Of a stretch of DNA of 64,000 nucleotides, positions 20,785-30,886 are shown in pieces. Position numbers and translations under genes: made by a program. Source of the stretch: Myxococcota bacterium. Its GTDB lineage: Bacteria > Myxococcota_A > SURF-8. The notes beneath the pieces were generated by a model. The model worked only from the letters and a program-made list of their open reading frames with translations, ran no database searches and was not told where the DNA came from. The DNA lies in contig CAXXQS010000002.1 of the NCBI GenBank assembly GCA_963674735.2, positions 1,920,001 to 1,984,000 on the forward strand. The letters are read 5' to 3'. Positions within the stretch are counted from its first letter, which is position 1; each line of letters opens with the position of its first letter.

Positions 20785-21654
20785 ATGAAGAAGCAAACAT
20801 TAGGGCGTGTATGGATGTTGTTGCTGGCCGGCCTGATCCTGGCTATGCCCGCGGTTGCGTTTGGTCAAGGTGCGAGTTCACCGTCTCCCTTCGAAGACGA
20901 TGGTGCGTTCCCGGACAGCGACGCGACGGCCGCGGATGAAGATCAACAAGTTATGCAGGATGCGGCGGCCGATTCGGCCAACAATCGCCGTGCCGTCGAC
21001 TTGCCGCTCAAGCGCAAGGCGAAGGTGGTTGAGAAAAAGCTGTACCCGAAGGATTTGAAGCACGAGCTGAATCTTTATTTCGGCATCAATCCTTCCGACA
21101 GCTTCGTTTTCAGCCTGGTCGAGGGTGCGCGTTACAATTTCCACATCAATGAGATGTTCGGCGTGCAGGCGGTGTTCGGCTATATGCAGAGCTTCGACCG
21201 CAACGCCACGTCGCTGTTGACCGACTCGGTGGACAAGGGTGGACTGGAAATCGATAAGGATTTCATCAAGAACTCCGAGGTTCAGTGGTTTGCCAATGCC
21301 GATTTCGTGTTTTATCCGGTTTACGGAAAATTCGCGCTGCTTTCTTCCGTGATCGCCCATTACGATGTCGGCGTGTATGTCGGCGGCGGTGTGATGGCGA
21401 CGGCCAGCGGCGACTACGCTCCGGCCCCCGATCTGGGCTTGGTGGGTAACATCTACATCAACAAATGGTTGTCCCTGCGGGCCGACTTCATGTACTACGC
21501 GATGATCTCGAAGGACAAGCGCTCCCAGCCTTCTTCGGATGTGGGCGGTACCTTGGGCGGGACCGACCAGGACAGCGAAGAACGTGGCGGTTATCTGCTG
21601 CGTAACAACTATTTTGTCACGCTGGGTGTCAGCTTCCATCTCCCCGTGGATTAA
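20785..21654 (+). CDS. Outer-membrane beta-barrel protein, GltA/GltB (NfsA/B)-like
   Basis: Signal peptide, F.PVYGKF motif, amphipathic strands, C-terminal GVSFHLP; first gene before gltC. Confidence 0.7.
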   Translation: MKKQTLGRVWMLLLAGLILAMPAVAFGQGASSPSPFEDDGAFPDSDATAADEDQQVMQDAAADSANNRRAVDLPLKRKAKVVEKKLYPKDLKHELNLYFGINPSDSFVFSLVEGARYNFHINEMFGVQAVFGYMQSFDRNATSLLTDSVDKGGLEIDKDFIKNSEVQWFANADFVFYPVYGKFALLSSVIAHYDVGVYVGGGVMATASGDYAPAPDLGLVGNIYINKWLSLRADFMYYAMISKDKRSQPSSDVGGTLGGTDQDSEERGGYLLRNNYFVTLGVSFHLPVD

Positions 21655-21678
21655 CGGCAGGAAAAGGAGTAGAGTCTG

Positions 21679-23313
21679 ATGAAACGAGTACTCCTGGCAA
21701 TTTTTGCCCTACTCGCCATCGCCGTCATCGTGGCTTCCTGCGCCGAACCTTCCGCGCGCGACAAAATGATGCGGCGCTACGATACGATCGAGCCCTCGCA
21801 GGCTATCCTGAGCATGCCCCAGGAAGTGCAGGACACGATCAAAGCTTACAACAACGAAGAATATTATTTCGCCGCCATCGGCTTCCACAAAATCCTTCAG
21901 AATCCGGATTGGCGCGCGCTTCATGAATCGGCACAGTATTACTTCACCGAGTGCCTGTACCGCCTCAATCTCTACCAAGCCTGCCAATACGAACTCACCA
22001 AGATCCTCTTCAAGGGTCCGGAAGGCAGCACCTACTTTACCTCGGCTCTGATCAAGCTTCTGGCCATCACTTACGAGACCAAAGACGAGACGGTCATTTT
22101 CGCCGTCCTCTCGAACATTGCGCTCGAAAAATTCCCGAAGCGTTTCCGTAACGAACTGATTTACCTGGTGGGCAAGATGTATTTCTACCAGGGACAGGTC
22201 GACGAAGCCTACGTGAAATTCTCGCAGGTCGATCCGCGCTCCGCCTTCTATGCCAAAGCCAACTACTTCAAGGGCATCATCGAGGTGAAGCGCAAGGAAT
22301 ACGAAAAGGCCAAGGAAACCTTCGATCTCATCCAGAACCTGCCCGTCGTGGCGGTTGAATTCGGTGAATCGACCAAGGTCAAGGAAATGAGCAAGCTGGC
22401 CGTCGGTCAGTTGTTCTATGCCGCCGCCCACGATGCGCCCAAAGCGCAGCAGGAAGAAATCTTCAAAGCGGCCATCACCTTCTACGATCAGGTCGACCGC
22501 GACAACCCGCAGTGGTTCGAGTCGCAGTTCGAAAAGACTTGGGCCGCCACCATGATCGGGCGCTACGGGATTTCGCTGGGCTCCAGTCTGACGTTGTCGA
22601 GCCCGTACTTCGAAGATCGCTTCGTGCCTGAAGTCAATCTGATCGAAGCCATTACCTGGTATACCTTATGTAAATACGAAGAAGCGCGCGAAACCCTCGA
22701 CCGCTTCTTCGCGCTCTACGGCGATATGCACTCGCGTCTCAAAAGCTACATGGGCACACGTGCGCCGGGCATGACTCCGCAGCAGGTTTACGAAGATCTG
22801 CTGGATCAGTATGAAGCTTCCTACAACGGTGAAGAAACGGATCTGCCGATTCAGGTGTTGACGCATGTGCTCAACGATCAGAAATTCCTGAACAACTTCC
22901 AGCATGTGCAGGAACTCGACCGCGAGTTCAATTCGCTTTGGCTGGCTCCGCCTTACTTCCGCAATACCACGTTCTTCACCTCGACGGTCAAGAAAATGGA
23001 ACGGCAGCGCAGCAACATCAAGAAGAAAGCCGGTCGCTGGGCGTTGAACGAGCTCAAAGATGTTGAAAACATGCTGGCTCAGCTTCTGGGCAATGCGCAC
23101 AACATCGATTTCGAGTTGACCGATTCCGAGCGCCGCCGCTTGGAAGAGCAGGCTCGATTTGGTGTCGATTTCGAAATGCAGGTTTACGACGAGGAGGAGC
23201 TCCTCCTGTCTCCGGCCGTGCCGGACTCCTATCAATACTGGGCCTTCGATGGCGAGTATTGGAAGGATGAGTTGGGCTATTATCTGATGGCTGTCACTCA
23301 AGAGTGCCAGTAG
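21679..23313 (+). CDS. gltC: GltC/NfsC-like TPR protein, predicted lipoprotein
   Basis: TPR helices, SPYF..RFVPE, C-terminal YWAFDGEYWKDELGYY..C signature; lipobox VASC. Confidence 0.8.
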   Translation: MKRVLLAIFALLAIAVIVASCAEPSARDKMMRRYDTIEPSQAILSMPQEVQDTIKAYNNEEYYFAAIGFHKILQNPDWRALHESAQYYFTECLYRLNLYQACQYELTKILFKGPEGSTYFTSALIKLLAITYETKDETVIFAVLSNIALEKFPKRFRNELIYLVGKMYFYQGQVDEAYVKFSQVDPRSAFYAKANYFKGIIEVKRKEYEKAKETFDLIQNLPVVAVEFGESTKVKEMSKLAVGQLFYAAAHDAPKAQQEEIFKAAITFYDQVDRDNPQWFESQFEKTWAATMIGRYGISLGSSLTLSSPYFEDRFVPEVNLIEAITWYTLCKYEEARETLDRFFALYGDMHSRLKSYMGTRAPGMTPQQVYEDLLDQYEASYNGEETDLPIQVLTHVLNDQKFLNNFQHVQELDREFNSLWLAPPYFRNTTFFTSTVKKMERQRSNIKKKAGRWALNELKDVENMLAQLLGNAHNIDFELTDSERRRLEEQARFGVDFEMQVYDEEELLLSPAVPDSYQYWAFDGEYWKDELGYYLMAVTQECQ

Positions 23314-23336
23314 TTCATCGAACCGAGGTACGCACG

Positions 23337-26300
23337 ATGGTTAGACGTGTCGAGAAGAGCTTCGTGGTGATTTTTATCGCTCTCCTTATGGCCTTTACAT
23401 TTACGGCCGGAGAAGTGCTGATTTCGCCCGATTTCCATAGCGCCGACGCCGCCCGTAAACGGCGGGGTCGCACCCAGAAAGAAAAAAAGGACGCCACCCA
23501 GGACGAGCAGAAAGGCGACGAACTGCAGCAGATCCTGGAAGGCCAGCAGGATGACGGCAAAATCGACGTCAACACTCTGCGGGTCGAGGACGATTTCGCC
23601 TTGACCTCGACCGTCGGTATCAAAATCGATGAGTCGATCGAAAAGCTGATGCGCATCCTCGAAAACTTCCAGGAGCCCGGTACGCTGCGGCGCTTGGCCG
23701 AGTTTTACTGGAAAAAGTCCCATCAGCTGAATCTCGACCTGATGAAAGCCCACCAGGGGCGTATGGATGGTTGGTTCGAGGCCGGTCAGAAAGGCGATCC
23801 TCCCAAGGAGCCCGATAGCGAAATCTGGTTCAAGTACAACCGCAAAGCGGTGGAAATCTGCCAGCTTATCATCGATCGCTATCCCGATTTCCAGGGCATG
23901 GATGAAGTCTATTTCTTCATGGGATACAATCTCAACGAAGTCGGCCGCGACGCGGATGCGGTGATTTACTACAAGAAACTGGTCCGCCAGTTCCCCAACA
24001 GCGGGTATGTCCCGGATAGTTGGATGGCCATCGGCGACTACTACTTCTCTCATAATAATGTTTACGATGCGCTACCTGCGTACGAGGAAGTGTTGCGCCA
24101 CGAAGCCAGCAAGGTTTTCGGTTTCGCCAAGTACAAAATCGCCTGGTGCTATTTCAACCTCGGTAAATACGACGACGCCATCGAGACCTTTAAAGAGGTG
24201 GTGGCCTGGTCGCAGGATCAATCCAAACGCGGCAAATCGCAGATTACCCTGATGGAAGAATCTTTGAAGGACCTGGTCATGGGCTTTGCCGAAAAGGGAA
24301 GCGTTGACGAGGCCGAGAAGTATTTCCTGAGTGTGGGCGGGAAAAAGTATTTCCGCATGATGCTCGTGCGTCTGGCCGACATCTACACCAATCAGGGCAA
24401 ATTCGTCGATTCGATCGCCATCTATCGGCGTTTGATCAAAGATTACCCGCTGCACAAAGACGATCCCGATTTCCAGATGAAGATCGTGGAGGCTTATTCC
24501 AACCTCAACGACAAGGAAAATACCACCAAAGAAATCGTCAACATGGTTTACTACGCCAAACCGGCCGAAGAGTCGGAGTGGGTGAAGGAAAACCAGAAGA
24601 CGGAAGAAGAGCGGGTGCAGGAGGCGTGGGAGAACGCCGAACGCATGTTGATCAAGACGGTTGTCGAGTATCACAAAGAAGCCATCAAGATCAAGAACGA
24701 AAAAACCTGGGACATGGCTCAGCAGCTCTATGAGCTGTATCTGCAGTACTTCAAGCAATCCAAAACGTACTACGACGTGTCGTTCAACTACGCCGAACTG
24801 CTTTACAGCCGAAACAACTTCGTCAAGGCCGGTGAGTGGTACACCATCGTGGCCGAGATGGACTCGAAAGGAAAACACTTCGAGGACGCTTCCTACAACG
24901 CCATTCTTTCTTACGAAAAACTGGTGCATAAAGAGATTCAGGCCTGGATCGGCGACACCAAAAAGCGTTCGAAGCGCAAAGACAAAAACTACAAATTGCA
25001 GTCGAAGAAGGAAATGGACGCCAAAGAGGCCGAGCAGGCCGAGGCGTATGCCGAGCGCGAATTCTCCGATAACACCAAGGGCTTCGTGAAGGCCTGCAAT
25101 ATCTACATCGACAATATCCCGCAGTCGTCGAAAAAAGTGGACATCATTTACAAGGTGGCCATCATTCACTATGCGCACAATCACTTCGACAACGCCGTCA
25201 AACGCTTTGAATTGATTGTCACCGATTATCCGCGCCACCGTTTGGCCGTTTACTCCGCCAACCTGATTCTCGATTCCTTGAACATCAGCAAGAACTGGCG
25301 GAAGTTGAACGAAACCGTGCGCGCCTATCTCAAGAACAAGCGTCTCGTACCGGCTAAGGGCCGTGCGGCCTTCCGTCGCGACTTGGTCGATTTGAATGAG
25401 AAATCCTCCTTCAAGAAGGTCGAAGTGACGGAGCAGGAAAAACGCTGGGTTGCGGCGGCGGAAGAATATCTGACTTTCTGCAAGGAATTCCCGAAATCCA
25501 AAATGCGCGACACGGCGATGTACAATGCGGCCGTGCATTACGTGACTGCAGGTGAGATCGAGCAGTCGATTGCCGTGCAGCGCCGTTTCCTGAAAGAGTA
25601 TCCCAAGTCCGCCTATGCCGGGGATGTGCTCTTCAAGCTGGGTAAAAACCTTGAAGCGTTGGCCTATTTCGATGAGGCGGCCAATCGTTACGAGGAATAC
25701 GACAAGAAATATCCGAAGGGTGAACATCGCAGCACCGCGCTGTTCAATGCCGCTATTTTCCATGAGAGCTTGGGCCATACCGAGAAGGGTGTTGCGCTCA
25801 AGAAAAAATACATGGGAATCAGCAAGGACGAAGGCGAAAAAGATCAGCTTCTTTTTGGTGTTGGATACACCTACCTGGATGTGAAGGACGACGCCAAGGC
25901 GGAAAAGGCCTTCAAAGATTACCTGAAGAAGCGTGAAAAAGACGTTACGTGGCCGCGCTACGACAAAAAATCCGGCGAAAGACTGGCCAAAGGCAAGATC
26001 AAAGGCGATGCCAACCGCATTTATGCCGCCCACATCGAATTGATGAGGATTGCCGAACGTCAAAGCAACCAAAAGGTGATCGAGAGCGAACGAGCTCTGA
26101 TCTTGAAACTGGCCGACTGTGACACGGATGTTTCGCTGGGCGAGCCCGCGCGCGAGGCGATCGCCGAGGCGTCTTTCCACCGTCTCGAATCGCAGTATAC
26201 GTCCTACGTCGCCTACAAACTTGAGGTGGGTCGGCGTGTGAAGCAGGAGACGTGGAACAAGAAAATGATGGAACGGCTCAAGGATAAATCCAATAAAGCC

Positions 26301-26771
26301 GTCGCCATGGCGGAGGCCTATGGCAAGATCGTCGAGCTTCAGTCGCCGAAATGGTCCGTGGCCGCGCTTTTCCGCATCGGTCAGGTGTACAAGTACTATT
26401 CGCTGGCCATGTTCAACTCGGAGATTCCGTATTGGTTGACCCCCGATCAGGAAGTGATCTATGTCGAACGCATCCAGATGCGCGCGGAACCCATCGAGCG
26501 GAAAGCGTTGGAAGGCTTCGAGAAATGCCTGCTGACGGCTTACCGGACGGGTGTTTATAACGATTATACGATCAAGGCGCGTGAGGAATTGCAGGGGTAT
26601 GTCCCCAGCGTGTATATTCCGATCAACGAAATCAAAATGGAGCCGGGCTTTGAGAGCGAAGCTTTGTACGTGGCCAAGTTCGAGACGCCGGATGTTCCGG
26701 ATATTCCCGAACGTCGCCCGACAATTCCGGTGGCTCCCGTCAACCAGACGTCGCAGGCGGCTGGCGAATAA
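23337..26771 (+). CDS. gltD: GltD/AgmU (NfsD)-like large TPR protein
   Basis: About 1145 aa with many TPRs (YKIAWCYFN); N-terminal hydrophobic segment; lies between gltC and gltE; ATG at 23337 with GAGG. Confidence 0.75.
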   Translation: MVRRVEKSFVVIFIALLMAFTFTAGEVLISPDFHSADAARKRRGRTQKEKKDATQDEQKGDELQQILEGQQDDGKIDVNTLRVEDDFALTSTVGIKIDESIEKLMRILENFQEPGTLRRLAEFYWKKSHQLNLDLMKAHQGRMDGWFEAGQKGDPPKEPDSEIWFKYNRKAVEICQLIIDRYPDFQGMDEVYFFMGYNLNEVGRDADAVIYYKKLVRQFPNSGYVPDSWMAIGDYYFSHNNVYDALPAYEEVLRHEASKVFGFAKYKIAWCYFNLGKYDDAIETFKEVVAWSQDQSKRGKSQITLMEESLKDLVMGFAEKGSVDEAEKYFLSVGGKKYFRMMLVRLADIYTNQGKFVDSIAIYRRLIKDYPLHKDDPDFQMKIVEAYSNLNDKENTTKEIVNMVYYAKPAEESEWVKENQKTEEERVQEAWENAERMLIKTVVEYHKEAIKIKNEKTWDMAQQLYELYLQYFKQSKTYYDVSFNYAELLYSRNNFVKAGEWYTIVAEMDSKGKHFEDASYNAILSYEKLVHKEIQAWIGDTKKRSKRKDKNYKLQSKKEMDAKEAEQAEAYAEREFSDNTKGFVKACNIYIDNIPQSSKKVDIIYKVAIIHYAHNHFDNAVKRFELIVTDYPRHRLAVYSANLILDSLNISKNWRKLNETVRAYLKNKRLVPAKGRAAFRRDLVDLNEKSSFKKVEVTEQEKRWVAAAEEYLTFCKEFPKSKMRDTAMYNAAVHYVTAGEIEQSIAVQRRFLKEYPKSAYAGDVLFKLGKNLEALAYFDEAANRYEEYDKKYPKGEHRSTALFNAAIFHESLGHTEKGVALKKKYMGISKDEGEKDQLLFGVGYTYLDVKDDAKAEKAFKDYLKKREKDVTWPRYDKKSGERLAKGKIKGDANRIYAAHIELMRIAERQSNQKVIESERALILKLADCDTDVSLGEPAREAIAEASFHRLESQYTSYVAYKLEVGRRVKQETWNKKMMERLKDKSNKAVAMAEAYGKIVELQSPKWSVAALFRIGQVYKYYSLAMFNSEIPYWLTPDQEVIYVERIQMRAEPIERKALEGFEKCLLTAYRTGVYNDYTIKAREELQGYVPSVYIPINEIKMEPGFESEALYVAKFETPDVPDIPERRPTIPVAPVNQTSQAAGE

Positions 26772-26833
26772 TAGCGGTTGTCCATGAACTAGAATGACAA
26801 GCCGAGCTTGTTTTGAAGAATGAGGGAGAGGTT

Positions 26834-28363
26834 ATGAGGCGTCTGAGCTTTGTTGTGTTGAGTGTGGTGCTGATTGCGGCGCTAGCGATGCTCGCCGGAT
26901 GCGAACCCAAGACGCAGGGGCCGCCCCCCGAATGCCAGGTCGATGCGGATTGCGGTATGCATCAGTATTGCAGCGCCGGTAAGTGCCTGAAAATGGCCAC
27001 GACTCCGAAGATGCGCGCTGAAGGGCATCTGCAAAAAGCGAATGAACTGCTGAAGAATCCGGCGGTCGATTACGATGCCGTCGTGGCTGAGTACAAAGCG
27101 GCTTTGCGTGAAGTTCCCGACGTCCCGGGCATCGTGTTCAACCTGGGCATCGTCTATATGAAGAAAGGCGATTACGCCAGCGCGGAGTCGATCTTCAAAC
27201 AGGCTCGTGCCGACCGGCCGGACGACACCAATCCGGTCCTGGCTCTCGGTCGTTTGTACATCTTGAAAAAACAACCCGATCTGGCTATGGACGTCTATCA
27301 GAATTACCTGAAAGATCATTCCAACGATTTGGAAATCCGTACCAATATCGCAGCTTTGTATCGTGATCAGAAAAAATACGACGAAGCCATGGCGCAGATT
27401 CGTGCGATTTTCGTCAAAGATCCCGCCCATGCTGGAGCGTTCAGCAACCTGGGCCTTTTGTACATGGCGCAGGGTAAACTGCTGCTGGCCCGAATGGTCA
27501 CCATCAACGGTATTCAGGCTCAGAAAAACGTCAAAAAGACCGAAGACGCCGGTTTGTACAACAATCTCGGTTTGATCTATCTCAAAATGGGGGATAACGA
27601 CCGGGCGGTCGCCAATTTCCGCAAAGCCCACAAAGTCAATCCGCGTCTGATCTCTGCCGATCTCAACCTCGGCCATATTGCTCTGAAATATTCGGATTTC
27701 AAAGTGGCCAAGGTGCATTACGACTATGTTTTGTCTGAGGATCCGAACCATTATGAAGCTCGCCACGGTCTGGCGCAATGTCTGACCGGTCTGGGCAAGG
27801 GCGAGCAGGCGCTCCCGATTTATAAGAGCCTTCTACGTGAAAAACCCGACGATGCGGCGGTGCTTTTCAACCTGGGCGTCTTGTATTTCGATCATCTGAA
27901 GATGCAGGATGAAGCGCACGCGGCCTTCCGCCGGTTCCAGAAAATGAATTATCCCGATAAGGGAAAAAATCAGTGGGCGACCAACTATCTGATGATGGAA
28001 GTCGAACAACCGATGCCGGAACCGGAACCCGAGCCCGCTCCGGAAGAGACTCCGAGTGATGCTCAGGCGATGGGTGCGGCGATTGCTCCGGTGCAATCGA
28101 CTGAAGCCGCCCCGGCTGAAGAAGCCGCCCCGGCTGAAGAAGCCGCCCCGGCTGAAGAAGCCGCCCCGGCTGAAGAAGCCGCCCCGGCTGAAGAAGCCGC
28201 CCCGGCTGAAGAAGCCGCCCCGGCCGAAGAAGCCGCCCCGGCCGAAGAAGCCGCCCCGGCTGAAGAAGCCGCCCCGGCCGAAGAAGCCGCCCCGGCTGAA
28301 GAAGCCGCCCCGGCCGAAGAAGCCGCTCCGGCTGAAGAAGCCGCCCCGGCTGAGAGTGAGTAA
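26834..28363 (+). CDS. gltE: GltE/AglT (NfsE)-like TPR lipoprotein with Cys-rich module and EAAPAE tail
   Basis: Lipobox LAGC, CQVDADCGMHQYCSAGKC module, TPRs (NNLGLIY); synteny. Confidence 0.7.
   Translation: MRRLSFVVLSVVLIAALAMLAGCEPKTQGPPPECQVDADCGMHQYCSAGKCLKMATTPKMRAEGHLQKANELLKNPAVDYDAVVAEYKAALREVPDVPGIVFNLGIVYMKKGDYASAESIFKQARADRPDDTNPVLALGRLYILKKQPDLAMDVYQNYLKDHSNDLEIRTNIAALYRDQKKYDEAMAQIRAIFVKDPAHAGAFSNLGLLYMAQGKLLLARMVTINGIQAQKNVKKTEDAGLYNNLGLIYLKMGDNDRAVANFRKAHKVNPRLISADLNLGHIALKYSDFKVAKVHYDYVLSEDPNHYEARHGLAQCLTGLGKGEQALPIYKSLLREKPDDAAVLFNLGVLYFDHLKMQDEAHAAFRRFQKMNYPDKGKNQWATNYLMMEVEQPMPEPEPEPAPEETPSDAQAMGAAIAPVQSTEAAPAEEAAPAEEAAPAEEAAPAEEAAPAEEAAPAEEAAPAEEAAPAEEAAPAEEAAPAEEAAPAEEAAPAEEAAPAEEAAPAESE
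28103..28354 (+). repeat. Coding tandem repeat, 14 x 18 bp (GAAGCCGCCCCGGCYGAA; EAAPAE)
   Basis: Units counted directly; only third-position variants. Confidence 0.95.
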
Positions 28364-28455
28364 GTTTCGCGCCTCATGCTATTGAGGACTTGGTTCTTTG
28401 GTGAGAAGCACAGAAACTCTTGGGCACCCATGTTGGTGTTTTGTTTCTGCAAATC

Positions 28456-28485
28456 TTGACAATAAGTGAAAATCGGGTGTACAGT
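28456..28485 (+). promoter_or_regulatory. Candidate sigma70-type promoter for gltF-G-H
   Basis: TTGACA-N18-TACAGT in the gap before gltF. Confidence 0.5.
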
Positions 28486-28529
28486 CTCGACGGTATACCG
28501 ACAAGCTCCAATCTCCGGAGGAAGACGTG

Positions 28530-28787
28530 ATGTTTAAGAAAGTAGGATGCGGCCTGTTGCTTCTGGTCTGCCTGCAACTGCTTGGAGCGACTCTGCTTTT
28601 CGCAGAGGATGTGCGCTACAGAAAGAAAACGGTTATTGATTTCGAAGATGTTTTGCTGGAAGGTGAGTTGAAGAAGCCTGCCGGTGCATACATTACTGAG
28701 CGGCGCGAACTGCAGTTCAACAACCTGATCAAGGTGCGCACCAACTTCGAAAAAGAAATGTTTAAATCGGTTGACGTTTTGAAATAA
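28530..28787 (+). CDS. gltF: GltF/CglF (NfsF)-like small secreted protein
   Basis: Signal peptide plus YRKKTVIDFEDVLLEGELKKP.G.Y...R...F..LIKVR.NF..E signature; GGAGG RBS. Confidence 0.85.
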   Translation: MFKKVGCGLLLLVCLQLLGATLLFAEDVRYRKKTVIDFEDVLLEGELKKPAGAYITERRELQFNNLIKVRTNFEKEMFKSVDVLK

Positions 28788-28821
28788 TCTGGACGGGTCG
28801 CGAAAAAGCGAGGGTTAGTCA

Positions 28822-30882
28822 ATGACGGAGAAGAAGTTTAGCCTTGTTCTCGGCATCCAAGAGGCCGGCAAGGATACGCGTCAGGAGACGTTTTCGCAGG
28901 AAAGCGTAACGATCGGAGCTGGCGATACCGCCGACTTGAAGATCGAAGGTGCCAAAGTCTCTGACGTGCACGCCATGTTCGACGCTTCACGCGGGACGGA
29001 ATTGTTCATCATGGACCTCGGCTCCTCGTCGGGGACTTTCGTGAACGACAAAAAAGTGAACAAGCAGAAGTTGAAGGCTGGGGATTCCATCACCATCGGG
29101 GATGTCGGCATTCAGGTCGAAGCCTTTGGTGACGTGCAGCCTGAAGTTGAGGCTGTTGCTGCCGTCGAGCCGGAAGCTGAAGCAGTTGAAGCGACCCCGG
29201 TTGAAGAGCCCGCTCCTGTCGAAGAAGCGCTGGTGGAAGAAACCGTCGAGGAAGAGGTGCAAGCGGCTCCGGTCGAGGACGCGCCCGCTGAAGCGGAAGA
29301 AGCCGAGGAAGTCGAAGCGGCTCCTGCTGAGGATGCCAAAGCGGCGGAAGAAGCGCTGAAAGCCGAAGAAGAAGCCAAAGCGGCGGAAGCGGCGGCCGAA
29401 GAGGCCAAGGCGGCTGAAATTGCAGCGGAAGAAGCCAAGGCGCTCGAAGCCAAGCAGGCCGCTTTCGAGGCGAAAAAGGCTCGCGCGAAGAAGAAGAATA
29501 TCACCTACGATCTCGACGTTATCCCCAAAGAACACAAAGCGCCGAGTTCCCGTGAGAAAATCCTCGAAACCCGCGAGGTGTTGTGGGGAGATACTCTGCT
29601 CAACATTCTGCACACGCCGCGTCCCATCAACATCAATATGGGTGAGAAGAAGTCCTGCACGTTCTTCGTTTCCAATGAATGGTTCGATGGCGAAACGTTT
29701 ACCGTCGCCCAACCGTCGGGGAGTGGTGGTTTCGCTCTCAATTTCAACGACAAAATGGAGGGTCTGGTCGAGGAGAACGGATCTTCCTGGTCGTTCAAGG
29801 AAATGGCCAAGAAGAACAAGGCTGCCGACAAGGGTGGCTATCGCCAGTTCGACCTGACTCCGGGTATGGCTGTTACGTATAACCTGGGCGAGCTGAAGTA
29901 TTACTTCCGCTTTGTCGAACCCGAGAAGCTGGCTCCGGTTCCCTTTACCAAGCGCATCGATTATCCGATCACGTCTTTGTTCGTGATCCTGTTCCTGATC
30001 TATACGCTGACGACGGTTTATCTGAAATCCTTGCCCGCGCCTGAAGTGGCCGACATCCTGGATGCGCCCGATCGTTTTGCCAAGCTGATTCTGGAGCCGG
30101 TGGAGATGGAAGAACCGCCTCCCCCCGAAGAAGAAAAGCTGGCCATCGAAAGCGCTGAAAAATCCATCGGCGAAGAAGGCAAAATCGGTGAGGAAGAAAG
30201 TGTCATCGACAAATCCGAGGGTGACGCCAGAAAGCGTCTCGAAGATGAGAAGGTGGCGAATTCGTCCGGTATTCTCGGCGCTCTCGATCAGGGTATGGAG
30301 AGCATGGATCGCCTGTTCGGCGGCGGCGGCCTGGGCGCCGGTCTGGACAAAACGCTGGGTATGCTCGAAGGCATCAGCGGCCTCGATATGCGCGGCGCAG
30401 GCGGCTTGGGTTCTCGCGGCTCGGGCCTTGGCGGCGGTGGAACGGCGATCGGCATCGGCGGTCTCGGGACCAAAGGTCGCGGTGGACGCGGTGGCCGGTC
30501 CCAGTATGGTATCGGTGCGGCCGGTAACCTGAACAAGAAAAAATCGAACATCAACATCAAAACCGGTAACCCGACCATCACCGGTGCGTTGGACAAATCC
30601 ATCATCGCCCGTATCATCAAGAAGCATTACTCGCAGATTCGTTACTGCTACCAGAAAGAACTGAACAAGAACCCGAAACTCTACGGTAAAATTACCATTA
30701 AATTCACCATCAGCGGACGTGGAACCGTTTCATCATCCGCCGTTGCCGTGACGACGATGAAGAACATGCAGGTAGAGAGCTGCGTGGCCAAGACGATCAA
30801 ACGTATCATCTTCCCGCAACCGAAGGGCGGCGGCATCGTTGTCGTTACCTATCCGTTTATCTTCAAGGCAGAGGGGAGCTGA
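28822..30882 (+). CDS. gltG: GltG/PglI (NfsG)-like protein: FHA domain, Ala/Glu linker, TM, Gly-rich region, TonB-C-like (AgmX/PglI) C-terminus
   Basis: FHA (HA..., DLGSSSGTFVN), PDRFAKLI, Gly-rich stretch, IRYCYQKEL...FPQPKGGGIVVVTYPFIF. Confidence 0.85.
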   Translation: MTEKKFSLVLGIQEAGKDTRQETFSQESVTIGAGDTADLKIEGAKVSDVHAMFDASRGTELFIMDLGSSSGTFVNDKKVNKQKLKAGDSITIGDVGIQVEAFGDVQPEVEAVAAVEPEAEAVEATPVEEPAPVEEALVEETVEEEVQAAPVEDAPAEAEEAEEVEAAPAEDAKAAEEALKAEEEAKAAEAAAEEAKAAEIAAEEAKALEAKQAAFEAKKARAKKKNITYDLDVIPKEHKAPSSREKILETREVLWGDTLLNILHTPRPININMGEKKSCTFFVSNEWFDGETFTVAQPSGSGGFALNFNDKMEGLVEENGSSWSFKEMAKKNKAADKGGYRQFDLTPGMAVTYNLGELKYYFRFVEPEKLAPVPFTKRIDYPITSLFVILFLIYTLTTVYLKSLPAPEVADILDAPDRFAKLILEPVEMEEPPPPEEEKLAIESAEKSIGEEGKIGEEESVIDKSEGDARKRLEDEKVANSSGILGALDQGMESMDRLFGGGGLGAGLDKTLGMLEGISGLDMRGAGGLGSRGSGLGGGGTAIGIGGLGTKGRGGRGGRSQYGIGAAGNLNKKKSNINIKTGNPTITGALDKSIIARIIKKHYSQIRYCYQKELNKNPKLYGKITIKFTISGRGTVSSSAVAVTTMKNMQVESCVAKTIKRIIFPQPKGGGIVVVTYPFIFKAEGS

Positions 30883-30886
30883 TAAA

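Noticed and set aside
24072-26180. Long antisense ORFs (702 aa here; also 28987..30627, 14918..16429, 32811..34070, 34564..35727)
   Set aside because: Shadow frames opposite well-supported genes, with no recognisable motifs.
28103-28354. 18-bp repeat as CRISPR, or the antisense (AGAASS)n ORF as a gene
   Set aside because: No spacers; it is an in-frame coding repeat of the gltE-like gene.
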